A stretch of DNA of 64,000 nt from positions 22,570,001 to 22,634,000 of the forward strand of contig NC_045697.1 of NCBI RefSeq assembly GCF_009834535.1. The letters run 5' to 3'. Shown piece after piece: positions 1-12,587 of the stretch. How positions within the stretch are numbered: the stretch's first letter is position 1; every line of letters begins with the position of its first letter. This stretch comes from Camelus ferus. Lineage: Eukaryota. A program made the position numbers and the translations under genes. A model generated the notes under the pieces. It saw nothing but the letters and a program-made list of their open reading frames with translations, did not search any database and had not been told where the DNA came from.

Positions 1-184
1 AGATCTTGTCAACAATGTCAATCTTTCTTCTTCTCTACTCAGATTGACGTTTCCCTAGTCCTAGAGAGGAATATAAAAACTCCATTTCAATTCCTTTACG
101 TTTTCAAAATGAATTCCCTGAAGGTCTCTGATTTTTCATTCATTATTTTTAATGTGACCACTTAATGGATGTTTGCTATTTGTC

Positions 185-350
185 AGAATCCTCCTCCACA
201 CAATAACCCTATATGAGATGATTATTGATATTTTTATTTTAGAAAGTAGAAAACTAAGGCTTGAAATGATAACCTAAAATTATACAACTAGCATGCTATA
301 GAATTGATGTTTTATTCCAAATGCTGCCAACTTAAGCAGCCATGAAATTG
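185..350 (-). mobile_element. MIR SINE fragment
   Basis: Degenerate reverse MIR core (aataaccctat...attttaga...aaaactaaggctt...acaactag). Confidence 0.5.
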
Positions 351-421
351 TTCACTACTTTACATTAAAATTCATTCATAGGCATGATACTTGGGAAAAG
401 AGATCACATATTTAATATTCT

Positions 422-830
422 TGTGTCAGTTTGGGTCTTTTAAGGAGCCAACACCAGATGGATTAAATATGGAAAAGATTAATTGGGTGAAGTGCCTGTG
501 AAGAATAAGGGGGAAGAAGCCAGGTGAGTTTTCTGGTATGATGCAAGTCTGACATCTTTGAAGAAGGAAGGGAAAGAAGGCAGACTGGGTATTAAGTTTT
601 GGACTACAGTATAGTACCAAGAGAGGTTCACAGAAGCAGGCAAATAAGTGTGTGCTTGAGCCAAAGCTGCCTCATTTGGGGAGAGTGGGCCCACCACACT
701 TAGTCCCCGGCTGAGAGCACCTTGACGGAACAGTCTGAGCTTGAAAATAGTCAGGATGTCAATTACATTGACTGCAGCAAGAGACCTACCTGGTGCATTT
801 TGATGGTTGCCAAAATCTTCAAAGAATGAA
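422..830 (-). mobile_element. Ancient ERVL-class LTR fragment (LTR16/33/41-like)
   Basis: tgtcagtttgggtc...gcctgtgaagaataagggg...gatgcaagtctgacatct resembles recalled ERVL LTR consensus; subfamily uncertain. Confidence 0.6.
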
Positions 831-1497
831 AGATGGTATTTTTCAAATAAAACTTCAGGACAATGTGATATCTGTAAACAGGTGTGTGAATCATGCTCTA
901 TCCATTTCCTTACCTGGTGCACACAGATGCGTGGGTGGCAGGGTAGGAGGCAAAGAATGGAGTGCAGGAGGGGAATGCTGATGCAGGGGTCTCAGAAGAC
1001 AGGCTTCAAAAGCCCATGTCTCGTTCAGCTCTGCAGGCACTAGTTCTGGTCAAATTCAAGGAAGAAGGAGTAACTGAAAGGGAGATCTTAGTTCAGGGAG
1101 TCCAAAATGTTTTCTTAAACCACAAGAGGGCCAAGTCAGAAACAAGTTGCAAAACACAGAGATTGAAATGAGATGATTCTCAGACCCAAGAGCAATGGGT
1201 CCATGGGGCAACTGGGACAACACTGGTGAGCTTGGGATGGTTGGGCATAAAGAACTCCAGTTTTTGCAAGTCAATTGCATGTTAAGGGGCAAGGACATAA
1301 TGAAAAGAGAAAATGGAAGACTCTATTTAAATTCAGATTTGTTCTGGAAGAATCTGATGCATGGTATATATAACACCTTCAATGTTTGTGACTCACACTA
1401 ACTCTTGATAAATGTTGAACATTTGAGGTTACTTCCAACATGTTTAATAATATCGAAATATGAGTTCATGGTGTAAATATACACATACATACAGACT

Positions 1498-1500
<3 letters not shown>

Positions 1501-1555
<55 letters not shown>
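1501..1555. repeat. (AT)n microsatellite, ~27 units
   Basis: Perfect AT dinucleotide run. Confidence 0.98.
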
Positions 1556-1558
<3 letters not shown>

Positions 1559-2522
1559 GGACTAACTTCTCCCCTGAAATTCTATCCCTTCCATCTCAGC
1601 TTTGTGTCTTCCTAAGGTCACTCATCTTTGCAAGACTTTCCACCCCCCAATCTAATGCTTTACCAATTATTCGTTGACAGGGATTTACTATCACCTGTGG
1701 TCAGAGGAGATGCACAGTACTTCTTGTTGCTATTCCTCCCAGGGAACCAACCACATTCTGTTAGGCTATTTCTGGAGTCTCAAAACATTCTTTTAAGATC
1801 CAAAGGGAAGACTCTCAAATGAGCAAATGATCTGTGTTTCGCATCCAGCGTGAATCATGTGAGATTAAGTTGTGACCCTAGAAACCGCTGCTGATTTGTG
1901 CTATGATCTTGCCTTCAATCTTTTAAGGAAAAAAATAAGTTAACTTGCAAATGCAGTTTTAAACCACTTATGGTTAAACAAAAGTAAACACACAAAAATT
2001 CCATATTAAAACTTCAACAATTCAGATAAGGAAATGCTGCTGGTACAGATACAAGCTTTATCTGATTGTTGACCTGGTTTCTCAGCTTCAAAGTCACTCA
2101 GTCTGCTTATTTGTCTCTGAAGCGTTTTTGATGTACGCCACTTTACAACTGCAGACAGCATTTGCATTCCCCCAAGTCCCGAGTACAGTTGGGCTGATCT
2201 TTTTACCTTCACAGTTGTTTTCTTCCCTTAAACAATCGTCTAAATGTCAGGCATCATAGAAGCGTTTTCAAAAAAGGAAAATCACAAGTCCTCAGTCCTA
2301 GAGCAAAGATATTAAAAGGCTTCAGGATGTGATTTATCTTAATTACCTCCTAGGTTCCTTTCCATTTCTAACGGCTGCCTATAGTTTAAAAGCGTCAGGA
2401 GGTATTTTAAGCCTTTTTCTCTTTTTATAGACTTCCTCCTTCCCAACCCTAACTATTCGGCAAGTTAGCGGACCAGGGCTTCCCTCTTACCCCAAAATCT
2501 CCTCTTCTAAATTTCCATGTGG

Positions 2523-2553
2523 AAAAAAAGTAAAAAAAAAAAAAAAAAAAAAA
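2523..2553 (+). repeat. Poly(A) tract
   Basis: Seen directly; one gt interruption. Confidence 0.9.
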
Positions 2554-3502
2554 TCAGGCTTAAAAATACTTATTTCTTAAATGCGACTTTTCTATAGCAA
2601 CAACGGCGTCTGCCGTTTCTTTCACACCGTAAATCAAATTTAACTGTGTGCAAGGAGACCAAATGACATTGAAAATTAGAGTTTTTGCAGCATTTGAGTA
2701 ACCTCCAAAAGTTCCCTGCCACTAAACATAAAGTCAGGGATGTTTCATTGACTGATCTCAATTCCACTTCTGCATCGGAGTATCGTATAAACAATCAGTT
2801 CTCTAAGACATATTGCTTGTATAGACATGATCCTAAGATTTAATTTTAGTCTGAAATCTGCATTATTGTGAGTGCTTCATTGGTTCAATCCCCATGTACC
2901 CTTTTTCCTCTATTAGCTGTTCATTTTCCCCAGTTGCATAATGTTTAAAATATATACGTTTTTATTAATCAACTTAGTCCATAAGGCATTCTACCTTAAT
3001 TTTTTTCTCTCTCAAGGATCAGCAGGTGTAAGTTAAACTTCAATATCCTAGTATCAAGGTGTATTATTCCAAAGAATGTATTGTGTTGTTATAAAGGAAC
3101 ATACCCTTCAAAATTTTAATGCTGACTTCCACAGGACAGACAGGACACAGCTGCATTAACCAGTCAATTGAGAATAAATATGTCACCCTGTTTTGCACAT
3201 AGTATGTGGTTTTCAGTCAGTCCCACACTCATCTGCCAAAACTTATGACTCTGAATTATGTTAACGGTTTTGGTTTAGGTCAGTGCACACAATTTAAACA
3301 CCTACACAATAGCTCGGACTTCCATTCCTCAGTTGAAAGTCCTTCTTCAGCAGGATAGACACATTCAGAAAGCTGAAGAAGAGTGGCCAGTCTTTCTTAG
3401 TTATTTTCATTTGAGCTCACATACTGTCTGACCCATTTTACCCATGTTGCTGAAACATGAGACAGCCTTTTAAAGCTTGAAAGAGCACTTACAGAATACA
3501 CA

Positions 3503-3777
3503 GTGTACACATACACACACACACACATACACACACACATATACACACATACACACACACACATACACACACACATACACACACACATACATACACACAC
3601 ATACACACACATACACACACATACACACACACATACACACACACATACACACACATACACACACACATACACACACATACACACACACATACACACACAC
3701 ATACACACACATACACACACATACACACACACATACACACACATACACACACACACATACACACATACACACACATA
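3503..3777. repeat. Compound (CA)n/(TA) microsatellite, ~275 bp
   Basis: CA repeats punctuated by TA every few units; continuous purine-pyrimidine alternation. Confidence 0.98.
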
Positions 3778-4399
3778 AAATGGACAAATGACTAAAGGGC
3801 CAGGTATCTTTTTTTTCTTTCTTTCTTTTTTTTTTTTTTTGGTGCTAATTTCTGAAGTAGAGTCACACACGCGTAAAAACTATTGGCGATCCTAAAAATA
3901 CCAAGGACTCCTTAGCTATAAAAGATAATATATGGTGTGTGGAATGCACTGAGTCGATTCATTGTTTTCCAGGGGAACATTCCTATTTTGACCCCTGCAT
4001 AAATCAGCTAATGTCCTAAAAGCTAAAATTGCATTGTCCTTTCATTCACCTAAGTATAAATGCAATTACTGGAGAAATGATCAGATTCAATATTCCTTCA
4101 GTGTAGGGACTTCTATCGGTTGAGGCTAAGTGAATAAATGTATTTACATACTTTTCAAATAAACTTAATTATTAAGTTTTTAAGCAAGGATTCAAAAATT
4201 TGCTACTTTTCTGGGGAAATCCCCACCTTACCTTTTTATGTTCATAGAAGGTATTTTTATTTATAGTCCTACATGTTATTATTTTAACCGATTCAGGGAA
4301 AAAAATTCTTGTATTTTTGCCCCCACAAATCATGTAGAGTGAGTGACTCACAATAGGTTCGATAAGATTTTACATTTAAAAAGGAATCATTATGTCATT

Positions 4400-6263
4400 T
4401 TAAGCTCCAACGTGTAAAGAACTGGGAAGTTGTCATTCTTATCCTTACAATGGCAATGAAAGCCCTGGACAGATAATCAATGCTTTTCCTCGTACCAATT
4501 AGAGAACTGAGGTTGCAGGGCAAACTGCCACCTTGAAATCTGGAGACACAGACCCATCCACCGAGGGACAGATGGAATCTGCAAACCTAGATTAAAAGTC
4601 ACCGGAGACCTAACCCGACAGAAACACTTAAAGGGAACTACTGCCTAATGGCTGGAGGCTGAGCGGGGACTGGCTTGAGAATGAGAACCAGCTGGGAGCT
4701 GCAGTCTTACTGTGTTTTACTTCTGGGAACCACTTCAGATTCTTATAACGAATATCTGAGAAAGATTAGCTCACGACTCTGGCAGAGGGAAGGGGAAGTG
4801 TGGTCATTGTGAAATACACCCACACTTTCTCAACAATACACAGATCTTCTTCAAGGGAGAGGACTTTGCCTGAGCCTTATCCTAACTGCTGGAAGGGACC
4901 TCCGCTCACTTAGTCACCTCCAGCCATCCTGTCTCACCTGAAAAGGAAAAGATAAAATAAAATAAAATGATAAACCCGAGTCAGCAGGGGTCAGGGCTTC
5001 AAGGAATTAGATTGGGAATACTTAGCAGTTCTGCACCCAGGCAAGAGAACAGGGGACAGGAGGAAAAAGCTACACTACAGGAGAAACACTTGTAGAGGGC
5101 ACAGCCCAAGGACACTGGCCGCTTAAAAGGCTGCGATTTTATCAGATGACTGAATGCAGCCCCTCCCCCATACCTTTCTGCCACATCAACAGGGCTTCAC
5201 GGTAATAACAGTGGGTTATACCTGAAAGGGCAGCAAAATACAGACTCCCTCTGAGGAAGAGTGCTTAGGGAAACCAAAAAAGTCAGCTGAATCAACAGAA
5301 ACGAGAACATTAAAGGATAATGAATCCTTTTGGCACCTACAGCTACAGCAAACATCAAACACACCCCAACTCCTAGCCAGATTAACAGGAACTCTCATAA
5401 TAAAGACCTAAATACCTTTGTTCCCATTACCTAATAAATTATTTTGCTCAGCTTTGAGCAAAATAATTATGAGGCATGACAAAGGCAATGAAAAACAAAG
5501 TTTGAAAAGAAAAGGAATCATCATAACCAAACCCAGATATGACACATGGTGGAATTATAGCACAGCAAGTTTAAAAGAACAATGATTAATATGTTAAGGG
5601 CACTACTGGAAAAAGGAAACAGCATGCATGAATAGATAAGTATTATACGCAGGGCTATGGTAAGTCGAAGAAAGAATTAAAAGAAAATGTGAAAAATCAA
5701 AAACTGTAAGAAAAATGAAGAATATCTTTGACAGACCCATCGGTAGACATGGCATGACTAGGAAAGAAACAGTAAGCTTGACGACAGGTTAATGGAAAGG
5801 GAACGAAAAAAGAATTAAGTGACTAGAGCTGTGAGAAAGTGTCAAGATGAAAAAAGTGCACAAAATTGGAAAAGCAAAAGCAGAAGGGAGAACACATTGA
5901 AGTAATAGTGGCAGAGAATTTTCCAAAGTGAATGATAGACACCAAACCACAGATTCAGGAACCTAGAAGTGTGGCAAGCTGGAAAAACACTGAAACGGCA
6001 AAAACAGATCTAGGCATATCTTATTCTAACTGCAGAAAACTGAAAATAGAGAAAACCTTGAAAGGAACCAGAGGAGAAAACAGTTTACCTAGAGAAGAGC
6101 AAGGCTAAGGATTAGAGCTGATTTCTTGTCAGATACCATGCAAGCCAGAGAATATAGTGATGTCTTTCAATTTTGGTGGGGGAGGGGGGGAACCCAACTC
6201 CACCAAACATGAATTCTATAGCCAGTAAAATTCTATTTCAGAAGTAGAGAAATAAAACCTCTA
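4400..6263 (+). mobile_element. Old LINE-1 (L1MD/L1MC-like) 5'UTR and decayed ORF1
   Basis: 5' motif agagaactgaggttgcagggcaaactgccaccttgaaatctggagac; ORF1-like gagaattttccaaa...caccaaaccacagattcagga, ctaggcatatc, gatttcttgtcagataccatgcaagccaga. Confidence 0.8.
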
Positions 6264-6809
6264 TGATATATGCCCAGGAGTGGGATTCCTGGGTCATATG
6301 GTAAGTCTATTCCTAGTCTTTTGAGGAATCTCCATACTGTTTTCCACAGTGGCTGCACCAAACTGCATTCCCACCAACAACATAACGCCATTTGCAGCAA
6401 CATGGATGCTCCTGGAGAATGTCATTCTAAGTGAAGTAAGCCAGAAAGAGAAAGAAAAATGCCATATGAGATCACTCATACGTGGAATCTAAAAAAATAA
6501 ATAAATAAACAAAGCATAAATACAAAACAGAAATAGACTCATCGACATAGAATACAAACTTGTGGTTGCCAAGTGGGTGGAGGGTGGGAAGGGACAGACT
6601 GGGATTTCAAAATTGTAGAATAGATAAACAAGATTATACTGTATAGCACAGGGAAATATATACAAGATCTTATGGTAGCTCACAGATAAAAAAATGTGAC
6701 AATATATGTATATTCACGTATAACTGAAAAATTGTGCTCTACACTGGAATTTGACACAACATTGTAAAATGATTATAAATCAATAAAAAAAAGTTAAAAA
6801 CAAACAAAC
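6264..6809 (+). mobile_element. Young 5'-truncated, 5'-inverted L1 (probably camelid lineage) nested in older L1
   Basis: 6264-6379 is antisense ORF2 C-terminus; ~6380-6809 is sense ORF2 end, 3'UTR and A-rich tail; TSD aaaacctcta at 6254-6263 and 6810-6819. Confidence 0.9.
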
Positions 6810-6819
6810 AAAACCTCTA

Positions 6820-7270
6820 CAAAAAAGACAAAAACGAAATAAAGGCTTAGGGAATTCACTGCCAGCAGACCTGCCTCCAAGAAGGTTAAAAGAAGGTCTT
6901 CAAGCAGAGTGAGCAAAAAGTGGTCAGAAATTTGGATCTACATAAAGGATGAGCATCAAAGAAGGAGTAAATGAAGCTAAAATAAAGTGTAATTTCCTCT
7001 CTTAACTGACGTAAAAATAACTGTTTATTTAAAGCAATAATAGTAATAGTAGCAATGTACTAGTTGATTACAACATATGAAGTGAAACGAAAGACGCCAA
7101 TGTTACAAGGGATAAGAGGGAGGAAGTAGGGAAACTGTTATGAAGTACCTGCCTTACTTGTGAGTGGTTGAGTGCTACTTGAAGGTGAATTTAGATTCAT
7201 CAAAAAAGTATACTGTAAATTCTAGAGAAAGTACTAAAAGTTTTTTTAAAGTATGAGAAAGGATAAAATG
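6820..7270 (+). mobile_element. Continuation of old L1 (ORF1 end / inter-ORF region)
   Basis: gggaattcactgccagcagacctgcc...aagaaggtcttcaagcaga...ggatctacataaag resumes the host ORF1 after the TSD. Confidence 0.75.
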
Positions 7271-7289
7271 AGAGGTTCTAAAATCAACC

Positions 7290-7830
7290 ATTCCAAAGTA
7301 GCAATGAGCCAACCTCACCTGGCTCTTAGTTTCTAATAACATTCTTCAGGTGAAGGAGCTGGGAAGCCTTGAAGAAAAGACTGATTGCAGGGCTGGGGCA
7401 GGGAATACACAAGACGAGCCTGGAGTGCCCTGCAACTCAGGAAAGTAAGAAAGTGCTCAAACACACACACATGAACTTGTGGGAATTATGGCTGTGGAGT
7501 GGTGTGGGAGGGCATCAGCGGGCTCCTGGAGCAGACTGACTGGAGGAGCCTCCAGTGGTCAAAACTGGAAAACTTTGCACCACAAAATGAAGTAGTATTG
7601 GATTATGACCCAAAGTATAAAATAAATATCCATGATATGAATAAACGGTTGAGTAAATAAATAAATCAGAGAGAACAGACAAATCTCTTGTGGCAGAATT
7701 CCAGATAACTTAAGCAGATCCTTCACCCTCAAGAAAATGGAATCTGATTCCCCACTCCTCAGGTGCAGATTGCTCCCACTGACTTCCTTTCACATCATAC
7801 GGTAAGTAAAGCGGGGAGGGGAGAAGTAGG
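7290..7830 (+). mobile_element. L1MC/L1MD 3'UTR fragment
   Basis: agtagtattggattatgacccaaagtataaaataaatatccatga...gacaaatctcttgtggcagaattcca; homologous to 33690-34140. Confidence 0.75.
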
Positions 7831-8354
7831 AAGACATTAAAGTCTCCCTTCACATACTCAACAAATTCAAGCAGAGTTTATCCCAAAGTCTTCTCATTTG
7901 AACTGATTATAAAATATATTTAAATAGGTCATTTTGCCCTTCAGATTAATTTTCAATGTTTCTTGCATTGTTAGCAGGCTTGAAAAATGTCTGTTAAAAC
8001 GGCCAGATTAAGGTTAATTCCTGATAGCTGAAAAAGAATCTGTTGCATCCTTAAAAAATCTCTAGTTTCAAAAATGCCATACTGACAGATCTCTTCAGAT
8101 GCCGGGGGTAAGGATGAAGAATCATATCCAGTTTTTAAAAAATGTATTTATTGCTAGGATCACATATGAGAGATTCTGGGGTTTTGTTCATTTTATTTGG
8201 TTTGTTTTAATATGAATTATTCTTGACAGAAGAGTTGGGAGTGCTTAACACATAATCAGATATTTAATCCTTTGTTTATTATATGTCTGCTACTAATTTG
8301 TCTTTCACCCTTATTTATTTTTAACTAAAATTTTTTATTAATAAAATAATAATA

Positions 8355-8646
8355 GAAAGTAAACATAAAAAGTTAAAAATTAAGTTGTTTTTCTAACTCA
8401 TTTCTAATGAGACTGTAGACACATGGTCTAATCATGTAAATACACTTCCAGTTTTGCAACATGTTACCCAATTCTTGTGGGAATTAAACAAAGTAATGTT
8501 TAGAAAAATAGTTTATAAACACTAGAAATCTATTTTTTAAAAAAACTAGAAGTTACTATTAATTTTATTATGATGACAATATTTTATCAAGTGCTGTCAA
8601 TGCCCCCACAGTGTAAAAATTTTCTTAAAGTGCTCACGAATATAAA
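8355..8646 (+). repeat. Left arm of ~290-bp inverted repeat
   Basis: Manual alignment to the reverse complement of 10212-10500: about 20 substitutions and 3 gap bases. Confidence 0.97.
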
Positions 8647-10211
8647 GTCCAAAAGTGGTGGCCCTCATGGTACATCAGGCTTATATATGTATTTTTATAG
8701 ACACTTAATATGTGTGTTTGTTTTAGTTGCTGACATTGAGAAATCAGAATGTTTTGCATAAAAATATGGATTTCTGGCTTCTTTGGAAGGAAAAACATCC
8801 TGGCCAACAGCACTCTCTCTCTGAAACAGCGTGGTGGAGCTTCCTGGTTTTATGCCCGTTTCGTAAGGCCGCTTGGGCCATGTGGAAACCAGCTCCTAGA
8901 GGATTCTGTGAACTTTATGGCCACATCAACAGTTTGTACATATTTAAGGGGAAAAAAGTCCATAGATTTCATGCCCATAGCTTTAGAGAAAAACAGCATC
9001 ACTCTACATCTCTTGCTCAAGTTAAATATCTAACATACTTGCATAGACATTTTCTCTCCTCCTTCTATTCTTTCATTCTTATAGCTCTTGATTCCAGAGA
9101 ATTGTATTTTCAACAAATAGAGAAGTATTTATAAGGTTTGACTCACAAAATTGTTACTCTGCCCTTAATTTTTCTCCTGCCACACAGGAAAAATAATTTA
9201 ACGTAGTATTTCATGAGTTTTTCTACCGAGACTTTGTTTCTCCTCTGTTTGAACTACAGCTACATATCATTGCTTTTATACCAGAGCATCGCTTGGTTTT
9301 AAGACTGTTCTGGAATCACAGATTTCCCTCACTTTGTCACGTGTGATGTTAAATGCTAACGTGAATTAGTGAAGTAGCAAAAGTAGACACAGACATAACT
9401 GATTCCTTAGTCCACAGGTCTAAATACATAGTTTTAAAACATTTAGTTAAAAACAAAAATACAGTTATCAGATAAGGTCTCATCCATCAATCCATATTTA
9501 ACTCTTTTACTTCTCTTTATTGACTAGCTTTTCCTCGTATTTCATTTACACGGTTTGAAGTTGGAGTATCAGTCCCAGCACTTGTATTTGCCTCATAAAG
9601 AAGACAGAGATGTTTTTCTATGTCAGTAGGCTTGTCCTAATTTAACAAACTGTCACTGAGAATTTGACAAAAATAGTTCTTATTCCTCACGAAAATTTTG
9701 GACTCATATTGAATAAATCCATTGACTTAACGTTCCAACTGGCATTGGAATTACTATTTTTAATTTGATCAGAAATCCAGTGGAGACATTTCCAAAGTAG
9801 ATGTACCCAAATTTAGTGTAAAATTGCTCCAAATCAACTCTTTAGAATAAGCTATTCAGTTGCAATGATTTAACATTTATAATAAGACAATATTATAATT
9901 AGTGTCTTCCAATAATCTCAAACTTTAAAAAAATAACTGGCCTGTGGAAAACAATATCTGAAAGAACTCATACTTAAGTCTATTTTAAAAGCAGGCTGTA
10001 AGATTAGATCACAAAATGGCAATCACTTAATCTCTTTCCCCCCATAGTGTCCCTTTCACTAAATGGCTCAAGCAAATTCTACAGAGCAGTAGAATTTGAG
10101 GAGTTTGAATTAAAAAAGCATTGAGCTAAATAATAGTGGGGATTTGGGGGAAAAATAATTATTTTATTAATTAATATGTAATAAATATATTATTAATTTT
10201 AATGTTGCTTA

Positions 10212-10500
10212 TTTAAATTTATGAGCAGTTTGAGAAAAATTTTACACTATGGGGTATTAACAGCACTTGGTAAAATATTGTCATCATAATAAAATTAATA
10301 GTAATTTCTAGTTTTTAAAAAATAGATTTCTAGTATTTATAAACTATTTTTCTAAACTTTACTTCATTTAATTCCCACAAGAATTGGGTAACATGTTGCA
10401 AAACTGGAAATGTATTTAAGTGATTAGACCATGTGTCTAATGTCTCATTAGAAATGAGTTAGAAAAACAACTTAATTTTTAACTTTTTATGTTTACTTTC
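10212..10500 (-). repeat. Right arm of ~290-bp inverted repeat
   Basis: Reverse complement of 8355-8646; outer 59 bp identical. Confidence 0.97.
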
Positions 10501-10693
10501 CTTTAAACAGTTATTTATTGATTACCTGTCATTTGCCAAACCATTTTCCTGAGTTCTGAGAGGTAGAAAAATCAATTAGGACATGACTTTGCCCTCAGTG
10601 AGCTCAAAACTTCATAGGAGAGACTGATTTTTTCCAACTATAACACAATTGAGAATAGGATATGTGCTGTAATAATGTTATGTGCAAAGAAAA

Positions 10694-10884
10694 GTGTGCT
10701 GGAAACCAGCTCTTGGGGGGCAAAGGGCAGAGGGAGAGCCTTGATTTGCCAGTTTTTATGGTGTAAATATTTCTATCATGGCTGACTAAAACTCCTAGCA
10801 GTTTATAAATTGGCTTGAAAAATTCTTGAATATTTAATAATCAGTTCTCACAAGGGGGTATAAGCTGGCTTCAATTCACCACTG
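10694..10884. mobile_element. MER63-like hAT DNA transposon
   Basis: Termini gtgtgctgga... and ...ttcaccactg; internal ggtgtaaatatttctatcatggctga, aaaattcttgaatatttaataatcag. Confidence 0.7.
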
Positions 10885-11093
10885 AAAGTATGACAGAATC
10901 ATAAAGGAGGCAGCAATGAATACTGCCTAGAATGAGATTCAGAAAGGATTCAGATCAGAGTGAATTTGAGCTAAACCTTGAGGATGAGCAAGATTGTAGG
11001 GCAGAGAACAGGGAAGAAGAATGGTCCATGCAGAGGGAATGTTAGCTTCAAATTAAAGAATGCCGAGAATTCAAGATGTGTATTGACTTGTGC

Positions 11094-11581
11094 TGTTACC
11101 AAGTCCAAGCTCATACTGCTTGCCGCATGACAGGCCAATAAACTGAGACAAGTTGTTGGGACAAGGAGTATCAACTGCATTCAGAAAGCCTGCAGGTTGA
11201 GAAGATGGTGGAATGATGTCCCAAAGAACCATCTTGCCTTAGTTAGATTTCAGGCCTCCTTAAACTAAAAGGGGAAGGAGTGAAGTCAAACATTTCCTGG
11301 TTCTGATCAGCCTCTGGAAGGGATGTGTTAATTTCCTTCTTCCTGTAGTCATTCTCAGGTGGGCCGGGGTCAGATGTTTCCTGTGAGCTAAACAAGAGTA
11401 TTTTAGCGTAACGCTCATTCCCTGGGAGGCAGAGTTCCCAGAGATGGGCCATTATGTATAACTTAAGCTTATAGGCCACACCCCTTTAGTGATTAACTTG
11501 TAGCAAAAGCAATAGAACACAAAGGCCTAAAGTAAAAGAAACAGATCCAGTATGAAGTCAGATTTGTTCTTCCCTATTACA
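11094..11581 (-). mobile_element. ERV1-class solo LTR
   Basis: TG...CA termini (tgttacc...tattaca), ~490 bp, resembles recalled laurasiatherian ERV1 LTRs; no clean TSD. Confidence 0.8.
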
Positions 11582-12046
11582 CCGTGAGCAGAGCTGAGGT
11601 TTGGGGTTCCGGAAGCTGAGTGTTAGACTGGACTCAGATTGGTAAGACCCTTGAATGTTGCACAAGGAGTTGTGATTTCTTTATGTGGAAATTGGGAATC
11701 TCTGGAGGGGCTCACAAAACAATTGTAACTATTTGACAAAAGACCACAAGGAATAAAATACACGATGTGAGATTTAGATGGAGAATGCAATCATTTCTCT
11801 AAAAAGGCACATTCCAGTGGGGAGTTAGGCAATGAATCCAACATTTTACCCATTGGAAATGTTTTTAAAAATAATTTTTCTTGTAATAAAATATTTTAGA
11901 CAGAATCACCTAAGGAATATCTCAGTGGGTTTTCTATTAGAACAGTTATCCACATAGGTGACTTTTACTACTTCAAATTGTATCATATTTCTAAATAATA
12001 AACAGATGTTAAGTTAAATATCTCCATTAACTTGGTGAAGTCAGTC

Positions 12047-12587
12047 TGAAGGAGGAATAGTAAAATGACCGCACTTAGGCTAACAGATTCCTTCCTTTAT
12101 GCTTGCCCTTGGAAAGGTCAACAAACCTGATTCCTACCCACAGCTCCAGGCCCCTTGTTGAAACTAAAGCTATTGATCTTACTGTGTCTACTTTATTCCA
12201 GTAATCAAAAGCTATAATCATGCTTGGTCTCCAAGTCGATCTCCAGGGAGAAGGTCACAGAACTGTAACCTTACAAAACAGGCTAAATACCAAGACCACA
12301 CCTTACAAGAGAAAGAGATGGAAAAAGTGACAACTGCTAGTTTCTATAGAATTGATCACCTGGAGGCATCATGACACAACTCAAGTCTTATGAATCTGTT
12401 GATTGTTTATTGTTGGAGCTGTATAACCACCCCAGCCCATCCCCAAGGTGGGTTCACAGTTTTGAAGGCACTAGCCTTTGTGAACCCTTTGCCTGGCAAA
12501 GTAATAAAGCTGTCTCTTTTCTTCTAAGCTCCAAGACCCTTTCTCTAAATTATTTGGTTCCTCAGGGATTGGGCCAATCTTTAGGTA
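12047..12587 (+). mobile_element. ERV1-class solo LTR
   Basis: Starts TGAAGG and ends ttaggTA (probably mutated CA); 4-bp TSD agtc at 12043-12046 and 12588-12591; TATA-like tataac ~12422; AATAAA ~12503. Confidence 0.85.

Larger units (their letters stand above)
10510..11720 (-). mobile_element. L2 LINE fragments interrupted by a MER63-like element and an LTR
   Basis: tatttattgattacct...tgccctcagtgagctca (reverse L2 3' end); degenerate continuation at ~10890-11090 and ~11585-11720. Confidence 0.55.

Noticed and set aside
479..922. 147-aa minus-strand ORF
   Set aside because: Lies largely within a decayed ERVL LTR; no recognisable domain
2880..2900. ggttcaatcccc B-box-like motif suggesting a tRNA or tRNA-derived SINE
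   Set aside because: No A-box, cloverleaf, A-tail or TSD
3397..3870. Overlapping ORFs of 91-157 aa (HT- and CV-rich)
   Set aside because: Read-through of the CA/TA microsatellite
8727..9134. 135-aa ORF inside the inverted-repeat spacer, considered as cargo or transposase
   Set aside because: Non-ATG start, no recognisable domain, partly overlaps what looks like an old repeat fragment, no convincing splice sites
8355..10500. Inverted repeat read as the TIRs of a foldback or DNA transposon
   Set aside because: No TSD (flanks aata / cttt), no known terminal motif and no transposase remnant in the spacer
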